NCBI GenBank assembly: GCA_041671225.1
Contig: JBAZBY010000001.1
Span: 366,940 to 430,939, forward strand
Source: Patescibacteria group bacterium
GTDB lineage: Bacteria; Patescibacteriota; Patescibacteriia; JBAZBY01
DNA length: 64,000 bases
Reading direction: 5' to 3'
Notes under the pieces: generated by a model
Told to the model about the DNA's origin: nothing
What the model saw: the letters and a program-made list of their open reading frames with translations, nothing else
The model's database searches: none
In this document: positions 9,269 through 19,598 of the stretch, in pieces
Layout: each line of letters begins with the position of its first letter
Numbering within the stretch: the first letter of the stretch is position 1
Translations under genes and position numbers: made by a program

Positions 9269-9349
9269 ATGGAAAAAGAAGTCACAATTCCCACCCCCAA
9301 GACCAACAAGGTCATTTTTGGGAGTCTATGCGGAAGCGTGAAGTACTAG
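9269..9349 (+). pseudogene. 26-codon remnant paralogous to the N-terminus of the hydrolase at 9708
   Basis: MEKEVTIPTPKTNKVIFGSLCGSVKY* aligns with MERELSIPIPKTKMRIYGKLRGNLNK. Confidence 0.7.
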
Positions 9350-9422
9350 AGTTTCAACAAAAAAGAGGGGGGGCCGTTTCTCTGACGACCCCGGGTTGCA
9401 TTTGACTCACTTTTTGTCGAGG

Positions 9423-9527
9423 CTACAGATCGATGTGATCCATGATGTATGCCCCGATTATTCCTCTCACTGCCAACCGACACTGCTTCAGGAAGTCCCT
9501 GAAGCTGATGCATCCAAGGAACGACAT
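9423..9527 (-). CDS. 34-aa microprotein (SD-cassette class)
   Basis: MSFLGCISFRDFLKQCRLAVRGIIGAYIMDHIDL; TTGACA-N17-TATCAT (9613-9585), AGGAGG SD, terminator about 9358-9392. Confidence 0.6.
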   Translation of the reverse strand: MSFLGCISFRDFLKQCRLAVRGIIGAYIMDHIDL

Positions 9528-9707
9528 GGGGCGGCCTCCTGTGCTCGGTGTTTTCGTACAGCACCCATCCATAGTGAACAGAAGATGATAGCGCAGTAAG
9601 AGGCTCTTGTCAATCCTTGGATGATATGCGGGATTGAAGTAAGGTTGGCTTCCCTTGGTTTTGTTTTACGTTCCCGCAGTGTTATATCAGTATGCTACAC
9701 TGCATCT

Positions 9708-10433
9708 ATGGAACGTGAACTCTCCATCCCAATCCCAAAAACAAAGATGCGCATTTACGGAAAGTTGCGCGGGAATTTGAATAAGCCGTTGATCATTCTT
9801 GTGCATGGTTTACATTCGAGCACGCACAGTCATCGGTATTACAATGCAGAGCGATATTTTAACGCAAGGGGGTATGCGACGTTTACGATTCGGTTATGTG
9901 GGAGCAAGAGCGAACAACGGAAGTTGCATCATACGACACTGAAGATAAACGCAGAGGATTTGGATACAGCAGTGAGATACTTCAAGAAACAAGGCGTCAA
10001 AAGAATCGCAGTGGTTGGCAGTAGTTATAGCGGTCCATCCATACTTCTCAGCGACACAGCAAAATTTTTTGCAATTATTCTTCTGGATCCGTCATATAAG
10101 CTTTCATTTCTTACGCAGTATCATACTCGATTTGTAAAAGAATTGAACGCATATCTTCTTCGTGGCTCAGATGACTACGTGATCGGGAAGAAGATGGTTG
10201 AGGAATCAGAGAATCTTGATTGGGATTCTTTGACAAGTGATCTTACAACGCCGTTACTTTTACTCATGGCGAGTAATGGTGCGCTTGATGCGGGAGGGCG
10301 GCAATATCTCAAAGAAGCAAAGGGACCAAAAAAGCTCATCACTATTTCACGCTCTGATCATGGGTTTAACCGTGAGGGGAATGCAGAACGCGTGTATGCG
10401 GAGAGTGCAAAGTGGCTAAAGAAATACATATGA
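9708..10433 (+). CDS. alpha/beta hydrolase
   Basis: LVHG, GSSYSG, SDHGF; -10 TACACT 6 nt before ATG. Confidence 0.85.
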   Translation: MERELSIPIPKTKMRIYGKLRGNLNKPLIILVHGLHSSTHSHRYYNAERYFNARGYATFTIRLCGSKSEQRKLHHTTLKINAEDLDTAVRYFKKQGVKRIAVVGSSYSGPSILLSDTAKFFAIILLDPSYKLSFLTQYHTRFVKELNAYLLRGSDDYVIGKKMVEESENLDWDSLTSDLTTPLLLLMASNGALDAGGRQYLKEAKGPKKLITISRSDHGFNREGNAERVYAESAKWLKKYI

Positions 10434-10845
10434 AGGATCTAGGAGAAAAGGCACTCTGCATTTTTTACACGCCAGACAAGCGTATTTTGTTGCAGGATAG
10501 GCGCGACAGAAGCAAGGTCGGTGAGGAGTGGGGATTCTTTGGTGGGAGCATTGAAGAAGGAGAAACACCGGAACAAGCGATGCTGCGCGAGATGCAGGAG
10601 GAGCTTGCATTTACCCCAACGGAATACACGTATATCGGTTTGTATCCGCACACCATTCCGGACTACGGATTTTTTACTGGCCATCTTTTCTTACACCAAT
10701 GCCAAATGTTGGTGTAGAGGCATTCACACAGCATGAAGGTCAGGGTATGGAATTATTTTCGGTCGCAGATGCTTGGAAACTCAAAATGGTTCCGGGCGAT
10801 GCAAATGAGTTAGGGATTATTGAAGCCGCGCTGAAGAAGATATAA
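10430..10845 (+). pseudogene. NUDIX hydrolase with one frameshift near 10690 (pseudogene or assembly indel)
   Basis: Nudix box GGSIEEGETPEQAMLREMQEEL; the C-terminus TPMPNVGVEAFTQHEGQGMELFS...KKI* continues in another frame. Confidence 0.75.
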
Positions 10846-11004
10846 GAAGTCAGCCGATCTTAATAATTTTACACAAGCTCTTGACAAAGAGCCGATTTTG
10901 GTATAGGTTGTGATGCTCTTTGTACTGCACATATGGCTTTGGGGGTGCCGCACGGGCATACGCGTCAAAGTGAAATGTGAGTAGAAGAGCCGGAGGTTCA
11001 TTCC

Positions 11005-11358
11005 ATGTTGCGGTTGTTGCGCTTTACGACCAACGTGCCCGTTGGGGACATTTGGCTCCCCAACCTCGAGTCTTATGTCGCGAAGCTCGAGGAGTCCCCG
11101 GAGAAGATGGGCACGTTTGCGTGCCATCTCCTGGTGCGGGAGGGAACGAAGGCCACGCTCGAGGAGATAGCTGACCAAACGGTCAGTACGCTCCAGAAGC
11201 GCTTGGAACCCTTCAACGAGAGGATTCAGGTAACGCCGAGCCGGCTGGTGCATGTCAGCCCTGTGGCTGCCGATCTCTGGATGCAGGTCTCCATCCCCCC
11301 TGAGGATGAGGACGCTGCTCCGGCCGACGCCGGCGCCCCGCCCCCGAGCGGCACCTAG
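11005..11358 (+). CDS. hypothetical protein (SD-cassette class)
   Basis: GGAGGT SD, TTGACA at 10881, terminator ggccggaacc/ggttccggcc at about 11384-11424. Confidence 0.65.
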   Translation: MLRLLRFTTNVPVGDIWLPNLESYVAKLEESPEKMGTFACHLLVREGTKATLEEIADQTVSTLQKRLEPFNERIQVTPSRLVHVSPVAADLWMQVSIPPEDEDAAPADAGAPPPSGT

Positions 11359-11475
11359 TAGCCGCACGCACATCTCACGTTCGGGCCGGAACCACCTTTT
11401 AGGGGGTTCCGGCCATCGTTTTTGTTTAGAAAAATCAGCAGTATGGTAGCGGAGGACTTTGTCTACCTCCTCTTC

Positions 11476-11504
11476 TTGACACCCCACAGGCGAAAATGTA
11501 TACT
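11476..11504 (+). promoter_or_regulatory. 16S rRNA promoter
   Basis: TTGACA-N17-TATACT about 360 nt upstream of 16S. Confidence 0.75.
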
Positions 11505-11867
11505 ACTCCCTGTTGATAATCTATTAAAAACCTGCGCGTCCGCCCATTTGGGCGAGATACGGCAGGCGGTAAGGAGACCAGTCCACTATCGGGCAAACAT
11601 ACCTCTACCATTCCGTACCTTAATCCCCGCATTGCGGGGGAGAAAAGACAGTAATTCCTCATCAAGTAATCATTGGGACTTACTGTTTTTTCTTCGCTCG
11701 AAAACGCGCAGACACGATCACGCGCGTTGAGCTCGAGAGAGAAATATGTGCATTGAAAAGTGAAATCGTGATAGGAACGACTATTCCGTCGATTCCAGAT
11801 TGTCCATCGTGGTCCGCCTTCGCTTCGCTTTGCGAAGCTATGGCGAGATAGTACGGACAATCGAAAC

Positions 11868-13354
<1,487 letters not shown>

Positions 13355-13540
13355 TAGGGAGTCTCACGTCTCGCAAGAGATTGTGGACGCTTCAGCTCAC
13401 GCGGTGTGAGTGGAGCATCTGACCTAGGAGGTCGGGCGTTGTGCAGTATCATACGATACTGACAACGTTTCAGCATTCATAAATTTTATTTATGAAGGAC
13501 ACGAATCAAATCTATGGTCCGACGGAATAATTGTTTCCTA

Positions 13541-13813
13541 TCACGGTTTTACTCTTCAATGAGATAAAGCCCTCGTAAGAGGGTTTTATTGTTGATCGAA
13601 AGTAACCATAGCGTCCCGCCCCGCAAAGTCCTGAGGTTGCCGAAGGACGACGCGGGGTCACGGTTTTACTTCTCAATGACGATTGTCCTGCGAGAGCAGG
13701 ATTTTTCGTGTATATAATTTGTACCTCGTCTCGCCTCGCCGAAGCCCAAAGGGTGAAGGCGGATTACGGTTTTACTTCTCAATATCGAGAATCCCTCGCA
13801 AGAGGGATTTTTG
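13541..13813 (+). repeat. three imperfect copies of the 16S trailer end plus terminator
   Basis: t(c/t)acggttttact(ct/tc)tcaat followed by hairpin and T run at 13541, 13658, 13764. Confidence 0.85.
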
Positions 13814-13849
13814 TTATACTATGGATGGTCTCATTTCCTGGAGGTACAC

Positions 13850-14137
13850 ATGACCATGCTACTGAGCGATATCTGGGCACGTGTCCAGAATACGCTGCTC
13901 CTTGTCGCCATGTATTGCGCGGAATTTCTTCTCGTCGCGCTCATCGCCTTTATCGGCTACGGGTTGACCCGTCACTGGGCGGTCGCGTTTACTGGCGGGG
14001 TCGCCACGTACTGGTTGATCGGATATCTGAGCGATGCACAGGGTCTGTTCCTGAATTCAGTGCCTTGGACGTGGGAGAAGAACACTCGCAGGGCGTGGAT
14101 CTGGCCGTACTACGAGTGCAGAACGTTCTTTCGCTAG
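13850..14137 (+). CDS. small membrane ORFan (SD-cassette class)
   Basis: GGAGGT SD; two TM segments. Confidence 0.65.
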   Translation: MTMLLSDIWARVQNTLLLVAMYCAEFLLVALIAFIGYGLTRHWAVAFTGGVATYWLIGYLSDAQGLFLNSVPWTWEKNTRRAWIWPYYECRTFFR

Positions 14138-14333
14138 CGAGCAAGGCTCGCCTCGCTCCCACCGCGCCTCCATTATTTCTTCGGGGACGGACAACAATGC
14201 ATCACGCATCTGCTGCCCGTCCCCGCCCACCCTCCCCCGCTGGGGATTTTTTGTTTATCCTTGACACAACACTTTTTTTGTAGTAGCCTTGCACGTTCCT
14301 TCACACCTATAACCCAAACCCGGAAAGGAGTGC

Positions 14334-14972
14334 GTGATGAACGACGAGGAACGCATAGCGATTAAAACCGCTAGCTATCATGACAATAGGCACGCCTACC
14401 GGGAGTTTCTTCTCGGCAATCGTGCAGAACGCGCCCTTTATGATGGCAAAACGGTTCTGGATCTTGGCTGCGGAATGCCGTGGCGTGCTCGTGCAGTTCG
14501 CGATGCTGGTATTCCTAGCACCGTGATCTCACTCGACCATCGGTGGCTGAATCTCTCTATCGGCCGGCGCCTTCCTGGAAGGGTGCTTGCTGAGGCCTCG
14601 GCGCTCCCATTTTCTGAAGCGACCTTCGATCTCGTATTCAGCCGTGGTGCACCGCCGTGCCTTGTTTGGACCGCTGAGGAATGCGAAGCGCAGTTTGCGG
14701 AACTGCTTCGTGTATTGAAACCGGACGGCTTCGCGATCATTCAGGCTCTGCTTGGCTTCATCGATCGGGAGTGTACCGATCAATGGCTGAGTGAGGGTTC
14801 TTCACGCAAGTCCGGCTATCGCTTCAATGACCCCAACAACCGTCGAGAGATCCTCGAGCGCTCGAATGCCTGGGTGCAGGAGCGGTTCAGTGCGGAGTAT
14901 ATCCGTGTTTTTCAACCGCATGCACCGAGGTGCCTCTCATGGAACTTCGGCGTCTGGATCCTTCGTAAGTAG
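14334..14972 (+). CDS. class I SAM-dependent methyltransferase (SD-cassette class)
   Basis: VLDLGCG, LPFSEATFDLV, LLRVLKPDG; AAGGAG SD; TTGACA-N17-TAGCCT at 14261. Confidence 0.88.
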   Translation: MMNDEERIAIKTASYHDNRHAYREFLLGNRAERALYDGKTVLDLGCGMPWRARAVRDAGIPSTVISLDHRWLNLSIGRRLPGRVLAEASALPFSEATFDLVFSRGAPPCLVWTAEECEAQFAELLRVLKPDGFAIIQALLGFIDRECTDQWLSEGSSRKSGYRFNDPNNRREILERSNAWVQERFSAEYIRVFQPHAPRCLSWNFGVWILRK

Positions 14973-15114
14973 CCCGTACCACCCTGGAGGAGTGGTGCGG
15001 GTTTTCTCATATCCTTTTTTCTTGACAGTACAACCCGAAGCAGATACCGTATCACCATTCGAAGGGTCGCACATTCCACCACGCTCATGCACGCATCACA
15101 GAAGGGAGAAGACA

Positions 15115-15438
15115 GTGCCAGCGAAACGTACGCCTCGCCGAAGCTTTCAGCTCCTTATCTGGAGACGTGAGGATGCTCTTGCCTGGAGGGAGCTTCCCGC
15201 GTCATCGTTGCACAAGGCCGTTGATATTGCACAGGCTCATGCCGCGCGGCACTTCCGGCGTTATCCGTTTATGCCGGTGCGCTGGACAGTTTTTCTTCTC
15301 ACAGGGAAGAAAGCAGCGAAGGATGTTGCCCGCGGGATCGTACGCGCGCCTGTCCGCAAGGGAAGGCCGACGCGCGATTTTTCCGTTCGCGTTGAGACGC
15401 TCATTTACAGCCAGGATATCATGCCCCCGCGGACATGA
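15115..15438 (+). CDS. basic hypothetical protein (SD-cassette class)
   Basis: GTG start after GGGAG; promoter TTGACA-N17-TACCGT at 15022; Arg-rich. Confidence 0.55.
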   Translation: MPAKRTPRRSFQLLIWRREDALAWRELPASSLHKAVDIAQAHAARHFRRYPFMPVRWTVFLLTGKKAAKDVARGIVRAPVRKGRPTRDFSVRVETLIYSQDIMPPRT

Positions 15439-15531
15439 TGTCGCAGCGCGACTCGTTTGCAGGTTCACTGATGCGCGTGCAAGGGGTTCTCGCACGCGTT
15501 CTGCTCGTCGGGATAGACACACAGGAGGTGC

Positions 15532-15807
15532 ATGTTGGTTACTCTGCTGAATCTCCACATGGAAGCTTCTGGGCTTTCATGCCTGCGCTCGATCGAGGTG
15601 GAGGGTCCGCGTACTGTTGCGGAGCTTGCGCTCGCGGCGCAGCGTTCGGTTGAGGAGCGGTTTGGGGATATCCTGACTCCGGGTTCCAGGGTTTCCTGGC
15701 GGATCCACGCACTGGACTGTCCGGACGGCACGTGCCTCGGGTGTGGCATGTCGGACTTCGGCAAGGGCCAGCGCTGCAGGCACACGTTCTACCCCGCGGC
15801 CGCCTGA
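15532..15807 (+). CDS. hypothetical protein with C-terminal Cys/His cluster (SD-cassette class)
   Basis: AGGAGGT SD; HALDCPDGTCLGC...CRH. Confidence 0.6.
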   Translation: MLVTLLNLHMEASGLSCLRSIEVEGPRTVAELALAAQRSVEERFGDILTPGSRVSWRIHALDCPDGTCLGCGMSDFGKGQRCRHTFYPAAA

Positions 15808-15832
15808 AGGCACGTGGAGGAAGGAGGGGCAC

Positions 15833-16246
15833 ATGAAGAAGCTGTGTGAGGATGGGGAAGTTGTCGTCGAGGTTCGCAGCGAAGGCGGGAAGGGCCATGG
15901 GTTTCTCCTTCTTCTGAGCAAGAGGATGGGTCGTGGCAATTCCTGCAATCTCGCTGAGCATGTCGCGTGGATCATCGACAACATGCCCCGTTGGAAGACG
16001 AAGAGCTACGTGGTATGGACCATGCGCACCTCGATCGGTGGTATTCTCATCAGCGGGAAGCGGCATGTCCGCCGGAGCCCCAAGGGCAAGGTGCGTGTCA
16101 CGCACAACGTCACCTCCCCGGGCGGCGGGAGCAAGCTCGGTCTCACGCCGAAGAAGCCGCTCATTTCTTGCGTCGGCAGGCAGGATCTCATCGATCCAAA
16201 GCTCTTCATCGAGCGGCGCTTGCGCCGACTGAGGGGAAACCGCTAA
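15833..16246 (+). CDS. basic hypothetical protein (SD-cassette class)
   Basis: AGGAGG SD; followed by hairpin gggagg/cctccc. Confidence 0.6.
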   Translation: MKKLCEDGEVVVEVRSEGGKGHGFLLLLSKRMGRGNSCNLAEHVAWIIDNMPRWKTKSYVVWTMRTSIGGILISGKRHVRRSPKGKVRVTHNVTSPGGGSKLGLTPKKPLISCVGRQDLIDPKLFIERRLRRLRGNR

Positions 16247-16436
16247 GCGGGAGGGAAAAGTTCTTGGGGAGGTCCGGCATTGCCAGGCCTCCCTCATTTA
16301 TTATATGGGGTTATTTTGTGTATATTGACTTTTTTGACTACATATGGTATACTATAATGTTCGGCTACAAGAGCGTCTTGTGGGCATGAACGTGGTTTGG
16401 ACCTTGAAAACTCAAAAACATGGGAGGTAAAAGACC

Positions 16437-16817
16437 ATGTTGTACTGGATGCGGTTTTTGTCGCTCTCACTCGCCTTCGGTTCAATCGGTCTCACCGCGT
16501 CGAACATGCCCATCTGGGCGTGTCTCGCCGCCGTTTTGGCACTTACCCTCACCGTGGACCAGTTCTGGTTCGCGGTTCGCAAGGAAGGATTTTTCTTCAC
16601 AATGTTCGGCCCTCGCGAGATGTGGAGACTCATCTGTGAGTCCGGACGCTTCAGCTTGCGCGGCTTCCATCTTCTCTCGGCCACTGCGCATGTTTCTCTC
16701 GTGGTGTGTGTTGCTGGGATCACCATCCTCAACACACTGCCCCCCGCGTTCTCCATGGTCGAACCCCTCGTTCGGCCGTGGGTTGAGAAGTCACCCTTCA
16801 TCGCCGGCCTCTTCTAA
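16437..16817 (+). CDS. membrane ORFan (SD-cassette class)
   Basis: GGAGGT SD; TTGACT-N17-TATACT at 16325; about 3 TM segments. Confidence 0.65.
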   Translation: MLYWMRFLSLSLAFGSIGLTASNMPIWACLAAVLALTLTVDQFWFAVRKEGFFFTMFGPREMWRLICESGRFSLRGFHLLSATAHVSLVVCVAGITILNTLPPAFSMVEPLVRPWVEKSPFIAGLF

Positions 16818-16841
16818 AGAGCGCTGGGAAAGGAAAGAACG

Positions 16842-17303
16842 ATGAACATCCTGCAGATTCGTGAATTACTCCGTGTGAACCTCACCTACATCACCATCAT
16901 GCGGGCCGAGGTTCGCATGTTCGATTGGCAGGGGATCCTCTCCTGCCTTCTGGGCTGGTTCGCTCTGGTAAAGTGCCAGACTGCGAACGACGCCTGGGGC
17001 CTCCTCGGGGTCGCTGCTTTCCTTCTCATGCTGCGGGCGCTCTTCTCGCTCGCCGAGAAGTTCGACATCCTCGAGTACACCCGCGACCAGACACAGGAGG
17101 TTATCACTAGCCTGAAGGAAGCAGAGGGATTCAAGCCCTCTTTGTCCCTTTGGACGTCCGTACTCCCCTACGAGATGAAGGGGAACATACTCACGAGTAA
17201 GGCGAGACATAACTCCGACCTTGCTTTCTACATCATCTCCGCCTTGGCCACACTCTGGGCCAGCTATGAGGGCATCTCCTGGTTTGTCTGGTACGTGTTT
17301 TGA
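16842..17303 (+). CDS. membrane ORFan (SD-cassette class)
   Basis: AAGGA SD; about 3 TM segments; terminator ttcccg/cgggaa plus T run near 17404-17431. Confidence 0.65.
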   Translation: MNILQIRELLRVNLTYITIMRAEVRMFDWQGILSCLLGWFALVKCQTANDAWGLLGVAAFLLMLRALFSLAEKFDILEYTRDQTQEVITSLKEAEGFKPSLSLWTSVLPYEMKGNILTSKARHNSDLAFYIISALATLWASYEGISWFVWYVF

Positions 17304-17579
17304 GCCATCCCCTCTGAGACTGTGCCGCCATTCGCACCTTCCGCCGCTCTTACGAGGGACGGACAACAGCGCATCCTGCGTCTGCTGTCCGTCCCCACTC
17401 ACCTTCCCGTATCACATCGGGAATTTTTTTTATAAAAAAGGAGGATCCCATATTCTGACGGATGTAATCCTATTGCTGTGGTTCAAGCGATCAGCGCTTG
17501 CGCCACACGTGGCTTTCTGGTACATTTCCGCTGTTCTGCATCGGAACGATGCCTTTTTCAGTCAGTCAGCAGAATATTT

Positions 17580-17656
17580 GGGCGATTAGCTCAGGTGGTT
17601 AGAGCGCAGCACTGATAATGCTGAGGTCCCAGGTTCGAGTCCTGGATCGCCCACCA
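17580..17656 (+). tRNA. tRNA-Ile(GAT)
   Basis: Cloverleaf, anticodon loop CTGATAA, GTTCGA T-loop, encoded CCA. Confidence 0.96.
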
Positions 17657-17850
17657 TCGGTCGATGATGTATAAGACTTTAAGGGGTCCCCGCAAACGGG
17701 GTGCGCAGGGCGAGTAGCTGCTCACGAGTGTAGCGAGTGAGCAGCGTGAAGCGAGCCCGAGCACACGTTTGTGGGGTAGAGCGAGGATTCGCGCGAAAGC
17801 TGAAGTGAGCGAGATTATGAGCTCATGGAAGCTGTAGCGCGAAACGACGC

Positions 17851-17925
17851 GCCGCGGTAGCTCAGTGGTAGAGCGCGGGCCTGAAGAGCCCGGCGTCGAC
17901 AGTTCGATTCTGTCCCGCGGCACCA
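17851..17925 (+). tRNA. tRNA-Phe(GAA)
   Basis: Cloverleaf, anticodon loop CTGAAGA, encoded CCA. Confidence 0.96.
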
Positions 17926-17990
17926 GAGAGTCCATCACATATGTGGTGGGCTGTTTGGTGTGCTCACAATATGACAACTGTCTCTGATAA

Positions 17991-18033
17991 TCCGCCGTAG
18001 CCTCCGGGCGAAGGCGGATGTTCCGCGGCACCA
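17991..18033 (+). repeat. family A palindrome followed by a duplicate of the tRNA-Phe 3' end
   Basis: tccgccgtagcctccgggcgaaggcgga + tgttccgcggcacca (tRNA end: tgtcccgcggcacca). Confidence 0.8.
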
Positions 18034-18074
18034 AAATATCACCATTCGTGGTGGTTTTTTGGTATCATATGTCT

Positions 18075-18779
18075 ATGGATAAAAAGAAACTCACTGCACT
18101 CGTTACTCGCCGCCTTGCAAAAGAATACCCAGAGGTTCATGTAACACTCGATCGGCATACGCCATTCCAACTCGTCGTTTCTGTTATCCTTTCTGCACAG
18201 GCAACAGACAAAAAGGTGAACGAGGTAATGGCTCCGCACTACAAGACGTACAAAACCGCAAGGGATTTTGCAGCGCTCACGCAAAAGCAGCTTGAGCAGA
18301 TGGTACGGCCACTCGGGTTTTATCACATGAAAGCTCGCGCGGTTCGCGAAACAGCGTTGCGCGTGTGCGATACGTATGATAACCGTGTACCGCTGGATTT
18401 TGATGCATTATTGACACTGCGGGGGATTGCACGCAAAAGTGCAAATGTGATTTATGGCGAACTTACTGGTACAGTGAAAGGAGTGGTCGTGGATACGCAC
18501 GTCACGCGACTCGCGCATCGCTTGGGACTTTCAAAGAAGAAAAATGCCGTGCAGATAGAGCGTGATCTCATGAACATTGTTCCTGAGAAGGACTGGCGCA
18601 TGTTTCCGCATTATCTGGTGTGGCATGGCCGCGCGGTGTGCAAGGCGCAGCGCCCTGCATGCGACGCGTGCTCCCTTAATACTTTTTGCCCGTCAGCATT
18701 TCAATTGAAACCATGGAAAAAAAAGAACCCCGCGAAGCGGAATCCGACTCTGCCGGGGAACAAGGCTATCAAAAGATAA
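18075..18779 (+). CDS. nth: endonuclease III
   Basis: LSAQATDKKVN, HhH LRGIARKSANV, VDTHVTR, C-X6-C-X2-C-X5-C FeS motif. Confidence 0.96.
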   Translation: MDKKKLTALVTRRLAKEYPEVHVTLDRHTPFQLVVSVILSAQATDKKVNEVMAPHYKTYKTARDFAALTQKQLEQMVRPLGFYHMKARAVRETALRVCDTYDNRVPLDFDALLTLRGIARKSANVIYGELTGTVKGVVVDTHVTRLAHRLGLSKKKNAVQIERDLMNIVPEKDWRMFPHYLVWHGRAVCKAQRPACDACSLNTFCPSAFQLKPWKKKNPAKRNPTLPGNKAIKR

Positions 18780-19141
18780 GTCGCTGGAAGCAGTTTCAGC
18801 AGTACCAAAAAGCACAAGAGCGAGTGCTCCGTACGCTCAACCTCACAGAAGCTCTTGCTCTTCTTTCGCTTCTCGTTTTTCCGCCGGCTGCATGGTATGG
18901 ACTTGCACCTCTTGCTGTCATTCTTTGGATCGTTTCCCTCTTTGGCGGTGAGAGTTTTGCGCGGCAGGTTGAAGAGCGTTTTCCGGAGGATAAAGAAATT
19001 CGCGCAGCAACACAGGACGCCGACGCGCGCAGCATGGATCCATCCCGCTGGGGGGAATTCTTACAAACAATGAACGGCCGCCTGTTTGCGTTCGCCCTTC
19101 TGCAAGCAGCAGCTATCCTTTATCTGCTGTTTTCCCGCTAG
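18713..19141 (+). CDS. hypothetical membrane protein
   Basis: 142-aa ORF with about 3 TM segments, overlapping the nth end. Confidence 0.6.
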   Translation: MEKKEPREAESDSAGEQGYQKISRWKQFQQYQKAQERVLRTLNLTEALALLSLLVFPPAAWYGLAPLAVILWIVSLFGGESFARQVEERFPEDKEIRAATQDADARSMDPSRWGEFLQTMNGRLFAFALLQAAAILYLLFSR

Positions 19142-19382
19142 CGCTTTTGTCCGGCGATTGCTTCTCTACGCGTTCTGCAAGCTTTGCGAGCCGCGTGGTA
19201 ACAAAGACAATGACGACAGTGATGACCACTGCGTAGCCGAAGAGTGAAATGATATTTCCCGCTTCGCCAAAGATCTGCTTAAAAAGCGCTTGGATGGCAT
19301 TGTTCCACGCAAGCGCTGCAACAAGACCGAACCCGCTCGTGGCGAGCTGGATCATGGTTTTGACGTATTCGCGTCCGAGCAT
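19113..19382 (-). CDS. DUF5654-family membrane protein
   Basis: LATSGFGLVAALAWNNAIQALF motif. Confidence 0.8.
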   Translation of the reverse strand: MLGREYVKTMIQLATSGFGLVAALAWNNAIQALFKQIFGEAGNIISLFGYAVVITVVIVFVTTRLAKLAERVEKQSPDKSASGKTADKG

Positions 19383-19478
19383 AGAGGAGAAGTTAATGGG
19401 TAATGAAGTATAGGTGATGGAGTGGCCACAGGGTATGATAGCAAGTTTTTTCATTATTCTCTATGATGAGCCACAAGG

Positions 19479-19512
19479 AAAAAGCCCGGTGCGCGCCATG
19501 CAACACCGGGCT
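19479..19512 (-). terminator. terminator of the three-gene secreted-protein cassette
   Basis: agcccggtg/caccgggct stem plus T run on the minus strand. Confidence 0.75.
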
Positions 19513-19598
19513 CAAGGAACTCTACTAGACATTGCGGCCTCCCCCCCATCCGCGCGCGTTGCGCAGACAGGTACCGCTGGTGCAGGAACGAGATGCAG

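Noticed and set aside
13541-13813. Possible mini-CRISPR after 16S
   Set aside because: The repeats are degenerate copies of the rRNA trailer plus terminator, with spacing over 100 bp.
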